13,857 bases of DNA from Candidatus Eiseniibacteriota bacterium (GCA_034440375.1 JAWXBZ010000255.1:1-13857); one strand, 5' to 3'; positions 1-6,734 are shown, counted from the stretch's first letter. Program-made: numbers and translations. Notes: generated by a model from the letters alone, not told the origin.

Positions 1-159
1 AGGTCGGACAGACACTACGTCCCCAGCGACCGCAAGGACATTGATGGCATAATTGATTGTAGCTCCGGCTTCCGGAACATTGATGACGGCCGACATGGCG
101 AGGTGTGGATTCCAGAGGCTGCACATGAGCACCGCCGAGAGGATTGACCTGATTCGCAT
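1..159 (-). CDS. 5' part of a secreted protein, probably another parallel beta-helix (pectin-lyase fold) protein; runs off the window
   Basis: Not in the ORF track. Manual translation from ATG at 159: MRIRSILSAVLMCSLWNPHLAMSAVINVPEAGATINYAINVLAVAGDVVSVRP. This is a signal peptide followed by the 'VINVP..TI..AI...GD.V.V.P' cap motif also seen in the neighbour. RBS GAAAGGAAGG lies upstream. Confidence 0.8.
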   Translation of the reverse strand, partial: MRIRSILSAVLMCSLWNPHLAMSAVINVPEAGATINYAINVLAVAGDVVSVRP

Positions 160-204
160 GAGCGTGCCTTCCTTTCGAATGAGACATTTAAGGGCGAGAT
201 AGAA

Positions 205-1569
205 CTATCGCGCTTGGGAGAACGGCATTCTTGATTTCAGGGCGCTCCAGGTTGTAACCAGGACCAAGACTCCCGGGCAGCCGGCGATCAAGATGGCGCC
301 GATTGGTCCTGCGGTGTGGAAGAGTGCCGGTGAATTCTCGGCGGGAGAGAAATCGCCCAAGTCGGCATTGCAAAACTGGGGATCGACCTGGATATTTCCA
401 TGATCCCCAATCATGACACTGCATTCGCCATTGATCGAACCGCCGCCATTGTGCCAGAAGATATTGTTCTCGATTCTGGGCGTTGGCACACCGCGGCAGC
501 GAATTCCACCACCATTTTGCGAATCAGCGATGATGTTTCGTTCGATAACTGGCGAGCAGGGGGCAATAACGACAATTCCACCTCCCCAGGTGCTGTCCGT
601 GCCCACTCCTTGGTTTCCGACGATCGTGTTATTTCGAACAGTTGCCGTAATGGTTGCCAGCCATACCCCCCCCCCACTGTCTCCGGTTCGGGCCTCTGCC
701 TCCGCACGATTCCGCCAGATGAGATTGCGCGAGATTTCACATGAAACTGTGAAGAGGTTTGAAGGAACGGCGCCGTAGACTCCCCCGCCGTGGTCGCCCG
801 CAGAGTTCGAGATGATGAGATTTGAATTGATCAAGGCTCCCTCGGCCAAGGTAAGAAGGTAGACCCCACCCCCGTCACCATATACCGTCGAATTTTGCTC
901 GACTAGGTTGTCGACAATCGTAGGACTCGCCCAACCACATGCGGCAATTCCGCCTCCGTTGGCCCCGGCTTGGTTCTGTCGAATCGTGTTGCCTTGAATC
1001 AGCGGGGCAGAGAGAAACTCACGCTCCTCGCCCCCGCAAGCGATGCCTCCACCAGTTCCAGTCACGCGTGCCCCAGCATCTGGGCGAATTGCGGAATTGC
1101 CAAGGATCGTGTTGTTCTGGATCGTTGGACTGGAATTCAAGGCAAAAATCCCCCCCCCTCCCTTCTCCGAAAGTGGTCCAAACGGTTTCGACCCTCGCCC
1201 GCCCGTAATTGTGAATCCCTCAATGGTGGCGGAGCGGGTTTCGCCGCGTTTGAAGACGACGACGGAGCTGTCGCGGGAGCTGCCGTCGATGATCGTGGCG
1301 GCGGGGCCGGACTCGCTGGTGAGCGTGATGTTCTTGCCCATGAAGTCAATATTTTCGACGTAGGTCCCTGCGGCTACGATGATGACGTCACCGTTGGTCG
1401 ATTGGTTTATGGCTTGTTGAATGAGGATTAGGGAAGAGCCACTGTCCTGTCGGACATGGAGGGTGGCGGCTTGGGCTTCTGCAGGAATGAGGAGTGCCGC
1501 GAAGAGACACGCTGCCAGCAGAAAGAGTGCCGGCTCCCATTCCATGCTTGTGCGGGCGGGGATGGACAT
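205..1569 (-). CDS. Secreted right-handed parallel beta-helix repeat protein (pectin-lyase-like/NosD-like fold)
   Basis: Signal peptide (…AEAQA), N-cap 'IQQAINQSTNGDVIIVAAGTYVENIDF.GK.I.L.S..GP..TIIDG', repeated 'I..N.I..N.A..GGGI' coils, C-terminal 'DPQFC…SPA…IGA…GC'. RBS AGGAG lies 10 nt upstream of the ATG. Confidence 0.9.
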   Translation of the reverse strand: MSIPARTSMEWEPALFLLAACLFAALLIPAEAQAATLHVRQDSGSSLILIQQAINQSTNGDVIIVAAGTYVENIDFMGKNITLTSESGPAATIIDGSSRDSSVVVFKRGETRSATIEGFTITGGRGSKPFGPLSEKGGGGIFALNSSPTIQNNTILGNSAIRPDAGARVTGTGGGIACGGEEREFLSAPLIQGNTIRQNQAGANGGGIAACGWASPTIVDNLVEQNSTVYGDGGGVYLLTLAEGALINSNLIISNSAGDHGGGVYGAVPSNLFTVSCEISRNLIWRNRAEAEARTGDSGGGVWLATITATVRNNTIVGNQGVGTDSTWGGGIVVIAPCSPVIERNIIADSQNGGGIRCRGVPTPRIENNIFWHNGGGSINGECSVMIGDHGNIQVDPQFCNADLGDFSPAENSPALFHTAGPIGAILIAGCPGVLVLVTTWSALKSRMPFSQAR

Positions 1570-1997
1570 CCGAGATATCTCCTGTGAGATTCGAGATGGA
1601 TGGCCCGAAAGTCATTCAATTCATACTCAAGCTAATTCAAAGTAGTCCTAAGTTTAGTAAACTACAACTTGAATTTTTGGAATCAAAGGTTGAGTTACTC
1701 CGGCAGTTACAACCCGCTGACCCGCAGGGACTTACCTCTGAAGGATCAACCGGAAGCGCCCCATGAAGGCTTCGGCCCTCATTAATGATGGAGATCCTCA
1801 CCACTGACCCTGCGGGTTCCGAAAGTTCTACCCAGTCCTATTCCGGAAATTCTGGCCGGTTGATTTGGGAGGGTCCGATAACCTGCCGACGAACGTCAAC
1901 GAGGATGATTCCCGCCGCCCGAAGGCGAGGGAGGATGATCGGAGCCATGGAACAACACCGGATGCAGGTGCTTCAAGTCGCAGGATCGGCAGTGTGC

Positions 1998-2342
1998 CTA
2001 TGCCGAACGACGCAGCGGCTCGAGATGAGCAATTTTGCCGGCGGCCCGCCCACGCATGGCGTGCCACAGATCCCAGTCCTGCTGCAATCCCAGCCAGAAA
2101 TCGGCGGGCATGCCGAGCACTCGGGCCAGGCGCAATGCCGTGTCCGGAGTGACCCCCCGCTTCCCACGGATGATCTCATTCAGGCGCGGAAATGAAACGC
2201 CGAGCCGAATCGCGAATGCCGACTGGCTGAGTTCGAGGGGCTTCAAAAACTCCTCCAGGAGCATCTCACCCGGATGGGTGGGGGGGCGGTCGGATGGCAG
2301 CCGGCGGGCAATCAGCGACTGCAACCCGGACTTGCGCCTCAT
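1998..2342 (-). CDS. higA: HigA-family addiction-module antitoxin (Xre HTH), with no adjacent toxin
   Basis: Hallmark motifs PPTHPGEMLLEEFLKPL, RLNEIIRGKRGVTPDTALRLAR and FWLGLQQDWDLWHA. The ATG overlaps the upstream gene's stop (ATGA, 2339-2342). Confidence 0.93.
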   Translation of the reverse strand: MRRKSGLQSLIARRLPSDRPPTHPGEMLLEEFLKPLELSQSAFAIRLGVSFPRLNEIIRGKRGVTPDTALRLARVLGMPADFWLGLQQDWDLWHAMRGRAAGKIAHLEPLRRSA

Positions 2343-2764
2343 CGCCCCACCCGACGCAAAATCGGCGCACCGCGGAGGATTTCGATGGTCAGGAGGAGGA
2401 TAATCGGCAGCCCGACTCCGACCAAAGCGATGAGTGTCGTACTCGTCCCACCGCCGGATGAACCGGAAGAAGTGGCGGCGCCGAGCAGGCGCCGCACGGC
2501 ATCGCCAAACGGCAGGTTGCCGAGCGCACCCATCAGCAATGACCCGACAAGGCCCAGTGATGCCAGCGCCGGCAAAAGCTCCGCCCAGGGGCTGCGTGAT
2601 GCCGTCGCGAGCGGCAGGTGGCGAGCAGTTCTCTCCACCGCTTGAACCAGGTGCGAGGGGGCTGTGACGTCAGTCAGCAGCGATTTGAGGCGAATTTCGA
2701 GTTGGGGGTCGTCGAAGTCATCGTCGTGCTTCGCTGAATCGGGCAGGCTCGGTCGTTCGGTCAT
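2339..2764 (-). CDS. Putative membrane-anchored anti-sigma factor (two hydrophobic segments)
   Basis: ATGA-coupled directly downstream of an ECF sigma. Soluble N-terminus followed by two TM-like stretches (LLPALASLGLVGSLLMGAL; LIALVGVGLPIILLLTIEIL). The anti-sigma role is inferred from position. Confidence 0.65.
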   Translation of the reverse strand: MTERPSLPDSAKHDDDFDDPQLEIRLKSLLTDVTAPSHLVQAVERTARHLPLATASRSPWAELLPALASLGLVGSLLMGALGNLPFGDAVRRLLGAATSSGSSGGGTSTTLIALVGVGLPIILLLTIEILRGAPILRRVGR

Positions 2765-3363
2765 CGCGTGGCTCCAATAGTCTCGGTGTCCAGGACCTGC
2801 CGCATGACCAATCGGGCGCGGCGGAGATCGCTTTTGATGGTATTGGCCGTGCGCCCGGTGATTCGCGCCACCTCCTCGACCGGACGATCCTCGAGATAAA
2901 ACAACAACACCGCCTCCCGCTGGGCCGGCGACAATTGGTCCAGGGCGGCCAGGAGTCGGCGGTCGGCTCGGGTTTTTAGATCAAGCGCCCGCGTATCCGC
3001 TTCCGCTCGGGGGTCGGCTACCTCGGGTGGCACCTGCACGGTGTCCTGCCAGGTGCGTTCGGTTCGCAATCGTCGAAGGCGGTTCAGCACCGTGTTGCGG
3101 GCGATGGAGAGCATCCAGGTGGTCAGGCTGGAATCGCCCCGAAACCAGTCGAGCGCCCGGAAGGCCCGCAGGTAGGTGTCCTGAAAGATATCGTCCACGG
3201 CGGCATCGCCCTTCATCATATGGTGGAGGAACCGGTAGACCGAGTCCTTCGTGGCAGAGACCAGGGCCAGTCGGGCTTCCGGGGTCCGGCCATCCTGTAG
3301 CAATTGGCGGACAAGGGCGGCCGAATCGGCGTTATCGCTGTCCGACCTGTCGACTGCCAACAT
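2761..3363 (-). CDS. ECF RNA polymerase sigma-70 family factor (200 aa)
   Basis: Region 2: DDIFQDTYLRAFRALDWFRGDSSLTTWMLSIARN. Region 4: LSPAQREAVLLFYLEDRPVEEVARITGRTANTIKSDLRRAR. Start moved from 3651 to the ATG at 3363 because of a strong RBS (GGAGGAGG) and because the longer ORF overlaps the divergent gene. Confidence 0.95.
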   Translation of the reverse strand: MLAVDRSDSDNADSAALVRQLLQDGRTPEARLALVSATKDSVYRFLHHMMKGDAAVDDIFQDTYLRAFRALDWFRGDSSLTTWMLSIARNTVLNRLRRLRTERTWQDTVQVPPEVADPRAEADTRALDLKTRADRRLLAALDQLSPAQREAVLLFYLEDRPVEEVARITGRTANTIKSDLRRARLVMRQVLDTETIGATR

Positions 3364-3399
3364 GACCCTCCTCCGAGGGCAGGTGGCGCCCTGCCCGTG

Positions 3400-3427
3400 G
3401 GACACGGGGCTCGGGCGCCCGGTTGCA
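3400..3427 (-). promoter_or_regulatory. Putative ECF-dependent (autoregulatory) promoter of the sigma operon, TGCAACC-N13-CCGTGTCC
   Basis: Minus strand reads TGCAACC gggcgcccgagcc CCGTGTCC. It has the AAC -35 core typical of ECF promoters, and the same motif and spacing occur on the opposite strand. Confidence 0.75.
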
Positions 3428-3435
3428 GGCCAAGG

Positions 3436-3463
3436 TGCAACCTTGGATCGGGCCGCCGTGTCC
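3436..3463 (+). promoter_or_regulatory. Putative ECF-dependent promoter of the DUF6249-like gene, TGCAACC-N13-CCGTGTCC
   Basis: Plus strand reads TGCAACC ttggatcgggccg CCGTGTCC. All 15 motif positions and the spacer length match the divergent copy. Confidence 0.75.
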
Positions 3464-3549
3464 ACCCGGCTGACACATTCCGACAGGCCGGCAAGCGCCG
3501 GTCCGTTACCGAAACTTACCACCCATGCCCTGTATCCGGAGAATCCTAA

Positions 3550-3957
3550 ATGGAAATTATTGTCATCCCGATGGTTTTCGGCCTGGCGGTCGTCATGGTC
3601 TATGTTGTGAGTTCCGCGATTGCGGGTACCAGCAAGCGTCGCTTTCTCCACCGCGAACGGATTGCGGCGCTCGAAAAAGGCGTGCCACTCCCGGACGAGC
3701 TTCTCGTGGAAACCGAGTCAGCAGCCCGACGTCCCGGAAATCACATGACCGCCATCGGTGGAATCATCTGGACCGGTTTCGGCCTTGGCGTCCTCATTTC
3801 CAGCAAGATTATTGACACATCCGGACTCGGCAACGACTTTCACCAATTCATCACGTTCCTGTCGATCTGGGCTGTGCCGGCCCTGCTCATCGGCCTGGGA
3901 TTGTTGTTCTACGCCTGGTTGATCCGGGACCGACCCGGGCGCATCCAGGGTTCCTAG
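3550..3957 (+). CDS. DUF6249-like membrane protein
   Basis: N-terminal TM, 'LHRERIAALEKG' motif, then 'GIIWTGFGLG' TM and 'PALLIGLGLLF' TM. As I recall, this family is commonly found beside ECF sigma genes. Confidence 0.8.
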   Translation: MEIIVIPMVFGLAVVMVYVVSSAIAGTSKRRFLHRERIAALEKGVPLPDELLVETESAARRPGNHMTAIGGIIWTGFGLGVLISSKIIDTSGLGNDFHQFITFLSIWAVPALLIGLGLLFYAWLIRDRPGRIQGS

Positions 3958-4424
3958 ATCCAGCGCCGCACGCGGGCTTTGTATTCGAGGTAGGGTCGGC
4001 CGAACTTCGCCTCGAGATAGCGCTCCTCGCGAAGGACGACGCCAAAGTGCATTACCATGACGATCATGACGAAGAGCGAAACCCCGATCCACTCGTTCAA
4101 AACCAGCGTGGCCCCGACGAAGATCAGCGAAATGCCCACGTAGAGCGGGTTACGGGTGAATCGGAACGGCCCACCGGACACGATGACGATGGCCGGCTCC
4201 TTCGGGTTGATGTTCGTGCCGCCCGCCCGCATCGTGCGCCGCCCCCATCCGACGAGGGCAACTCCGACCATCATCAATGCGAATCCCGGGATGAAGAGGA
4301 CCCGCGAGCCGACAATCGGCATCGGAACGGCCAGGTGCAAGGCGACGAGCAGCGCCAGTGCGCCAAGGTAGAGAAACGGCGGGTGGACGATAACTGCGGG
4401 GTGATCGTTGGTTGGGGTAATCAT
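3954..4424 (-). CDS. Isoprenylcysteine carboxyl methyltransferase (ICMT/PEMT) family membrane protein, copy 1
   Basis: Motifs HPPFLY, GPFRFTRNPLYVG and REERYLEAKFGRPYLEYKARVRRWI. RBS AGGAG. Confidence 0.92.
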   Translation of the reverse strand: MITPTNDHPAVIVHPPFLYLGALALLVALHLAVPMPIVGSRVLFIPGFALMMVGVALVGWGRRTMRAGGTNINPKEPAIVIVSGGPFRFTRNPLYVGISLIFVGATLVLNEWIGVSLFVMIVMVMHFGVVLREERYLEAKFGRPYLEYKARVRRWI

Positions 4425-4433
4425 GATTAACTC

Positions 4434-4706
4434 CTATTTTCCCCGGCCGGCCCGATCGGACGGGGAAGTGGCTGACCTGGAATGAATGTCAACGTAGGCA
4501 TCAAGCAGCCTGCGAATCATTCGCTGATACTGAGTTTGATGTTTCGAAGCCTGGGACTTAAAGAATTCAACGCTTCGGCGACTCAACGAGATTGTCACTT
4601 TTACACCATCCTCTCGGATGGCCAAATCCTCGGGTGCCGGGAGAAAGTCGGGCACGACGCGAAACCGACCAAGCGGCTCATTCGTATACTTTGTTTTCTT
4701 TTTCAT
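4434..4706 (-). CDS. BrnA/CopG-like (ribbon-helix-helix) antitoxin
   Basis: 'MKKKTKYTNEPLG…DFLPAPEDL…VKVTISLSRRSVEFFK..A….YQRMIRRLLDAY' is typical of the antitoxins that follow BrnT toxins. A BrnT-like tail overlaps its start. Confidence 0.85.
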   Translation of the reverse strand: MKKKTKYTNEPLGRFRVVPDFLPAPEDLAIREDGVKVTISLSRRSVEFFKSQASKHQTQYQRMIRRLLDAYVDIHSRSATSPSDRAGRGK

Positions 4707-4746
4707 AGACTGACTTGCCTTTCCGCCAGTATCCCGCGCCGATCAC
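4678..4746 (-). pseudogene. C-terminal remnant of a BrnT-family toxin
   Basis: Translates VIGAGYWRKGKSVYEKENKVYE*, the characteristic BrnT tail, overlapping the antitoxin start. An in-frame TGA lies a few codons upstream, and only ~60 nt separate it from the DMT stop, so there is no room for the rest of the gene. Confidence 0.75.
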
Positions 4747-4805
4747 AAGGACGGTAGCATTCCGTCAATAGAATTCCATATAAATATACACACAAATATC
4801 TGTAT

Positions 4806-5651
4806 TCAATACAGTTCTTTTCTTGCCTCCGACCAAATCGCCAGCACGATCCCGCCCAGGATCAACAGCGAGGCGATGAGCAGGCGCGGGGCCACCGGCT
4901 CGCCGAGCAGCAGGATACCGCCGAGTGCCGACAGGGCCGGAACGGATGTCTGGACGAGCGCGGCACGGGTGGCAGCCAGGTGGCGCAGCGCGGCGTACCA
5001 GAGGACGTAGCCGAGCGCGGAGGTAATGGCGCCCGAGGCCACGGCCAGCGTGATGCCGGCTGTTGTCCAGTGGCTCGAGGCGCCGGGCAGCGAACGGGCG
5101 GCCATCCCAAGAATTATTGACAGCAGCGCCGCGCGGGCGAAGTTACCGGCGGTATCCCGCAGCGGGTCCTTTGAGCCGCGGCCGATGAGCGAGTAAAAAC
5201 CCCAGCCGACTCCGGCCGTTGCCATGAGCAGGGCGCCCACGAGCGAGGGGGCCGCGAGGCCGGGTTTCACGAGAACGTAGAGGCCGATCATCGCGAGGAG
5301 CATTCCGGCCCATTCGCCACGGACCGGATGACGACCGCCAACGATCGAAGCGGCGATCATCGTGAACTGGACGGCGCTGAAGGCGATGAGGGCCCCGGTG
5401 CCGGCGGTCAGTTCCACGTAGGCCAACGAGAACGGGGCAGCATAGAGAAAGAGCATGAGGCCGGCACGCCATGATCCGTGCCAGGCGCGCGCCAGGAGGG
5501 CCAGCATCATCGATCCGGATACGAGGCGGATGACCGTGTACGACATCGGATCGATCAGCTCGTGGCCGAGCGCCAGCCGGCAGAGAATTGAATTGGCCGC
5601 GAAGGCCGCGAGCGCCGCCAGCGTCAGGAGGATGAGCCGTCGGTCGGTCAC
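4806..5651 (-). CDS. DMT/EamA-family transporter, copy 1
   Basis: About 10 TM helices. Motifs AFAANSILCRLAL, YAAPFSLAY..L.AGTGALI.F.AVQ and SGAITSALGYVLWY. The GTG start overlaps the upstream stop (GTGA). Confidence 0.93.
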   Translation of the reverse strand: MTDRRLILLTLAALAAFAANSILCRLALGHELIDPMSYTVIRLVSGSMMLALLARAWHGSWRAGLMLFLYAAPFSLAYVELTAGTGALIAFSAVQFTMIAASIVGGRHPVRGEWAGMLLAMIGLYVLVKPGLAAPSLVGALLMATAGVGWGFYSLIGRGSKDPLRDTAGNFARAALLSIILGMAARSLPGASSHWTTAGITLAVASGAITSALGYVLWYAALRHLAATRAALVQTSVPALSALGGILLLGEPVAPRLLIASLLILGGIVLAIWSEARKELY

Positions 5652-6064
5652 TTCTTCATGTACTTCCAGTTACGGGGCTTTCCATCCTCCACCCACTCGA
5701 GGGCGGTGAGCAGGCGCTTTTCGCGGGTGGCTTCAGCCTTGGCTTCGCCGATCCACTCCATGTACTCGCGTTGATGGCTCGGGCTGAAGGCGTCGAACGC
5801 GGCCTTGGCCTTCTTGTTGCGCTTGAGCGCGGCGGTCAAGGCGGGCGGCATCGTGATGACCGGCCGGGGACGCTTCGTCTTGCTGCGCGGGGCCCTGATT
5901 CCCTCCTCGTTGAGTTTCATCGCCTTCTTGAGATGGGCCAGGAGCATTCGGTCGGAGGGAAGATCAGCCTTTGACTTCAGGCAGCCGAACATCCCCATGG
6001 CTTCTTCCGCCTTCGCACGCTCCGGCGTCCCCTTCTCGCCGACCAGCAGCGAGTATTTCCAGAA
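5648..6064 (-). pseudogene. YdeI/OmpD-associated family protein, copy 1, 5'-truncated
   Basis: Family-like sequence runs from FWKYSLLVG…EEAMGMFG…DLPSD to FSPSHQREYMEWI.EAK…TREKRL…W..GK.RNWKY. Upstream of 6064 the frame is merely the antisense of the ABC substrate-binding gene. A restart at ATG 5998 is possible. Confidence 0.8.
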
Positions 6065-6068
6065 AGCG

Positions 6069-6734
6069 ATGGTGGCCGCGCGCCCCGATTTGATCGTGGC
6101 TGTTCCAGGCAATACGAAAGTGCTCGAATTCTTTGACGGCCGGAAGGAGCCGCGCGTTCTGGAAACGAACGCCTGTGAGACGATTGCCGACATCCAGGCC
6201 ACTCTCCGCCAGCTGGCTGCGGCCACCGGTGCCGGGGATCGGGCTGAAACCATCATTCGCGACATGAACAGCGGGCTTGATTCGTTGCAGGCGGCGGGAG
6301 CCACCGGGGCACCGGTCTCGACGCTGATGATCCTCGGTCACACCGAGGGAGCGCTCGAACAGATCTACGCCGTGGGGCATCCCACCTATCTCGACGAATT
6401 ACTGACGATGGTCGGTGGCCGCAACGTCATTCCGCCAAGCGCCGGCCGGTATCCGATCATCAGCAAGGAATCGCTCCTGACGATGAACCCGGAGCTGATC
6501 CTCGAACGGCACCTGGGTGGCCTGGCTCTGCCTGAGCAAAAACTTGCCATGATTCATCTCTGGAAGGAACTGCCGACCCTCGCCGCGGTCCGCAATGGTC
6601 GGGTCATTGTCATGGACGACGACCACATGACCATCAATGGCATCGACATGGTGAACACGGGGCGCAAGCTGGCCGCGGTGATACGATTGCATTCCGATAC
6701 GCGCGCGAGCGCGCCGGTACCCCGGTGGCCATGA
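6069..6734 (+). pseudogene. Helical-backbone ABC substrate-binding protein (BtuF/cobalamin-iron-siderophore type), lacking its signal peptide and first part
   Basis: Motifs AARPDLIV, TYLDELLTMVGGRNVI, YPIISKESLLTMNPELI and W..L.AVRNGRV. The usual signal peptide and 'RIVSL.PS.TE' segment are absent. The 5805-6068 part of the listed ORF is antisense of ydeI. Confidence 0.8.

Noticed and set aside
1785..2195. Plus-strand ORFs 1785-2195 and 1865-2152 as the missing toxin
   Set aside because: They have no RelE/HigB-like features and largely overlap higA in antisense.
2320..2347. Third TGCAACC, a possible ECF promoter
   Set aside because: There is no CCGTGTCC-like box at the right spacing, and it lies inside coding sequence.
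3364..3651. 96-aa N-terminal extension of the sigma factor
   Set aside because: It overlaps the divergent gene and both promoter motifs. A strong RBS supports ATG 3363.
4439..4467. Inverted repeat TTCCCCG…CGGGGAA as a terminator
   Set aside because: It is inside the antitoxin's 3' coding end, has a long loop, and lacks a U-tract on the sense strand.
5805..6068. N-terminal extension of the 309-aa ORF that superficially resembles a signal peptide (MTGRGRFVLLRGALIPSSLSFIAFLRWARS)
   Set aside because: It is the antisense shadow of ydeI. The same shadow ORF occurs opposite copy 2 (11214-11480), where no substrate-binding gene follows.
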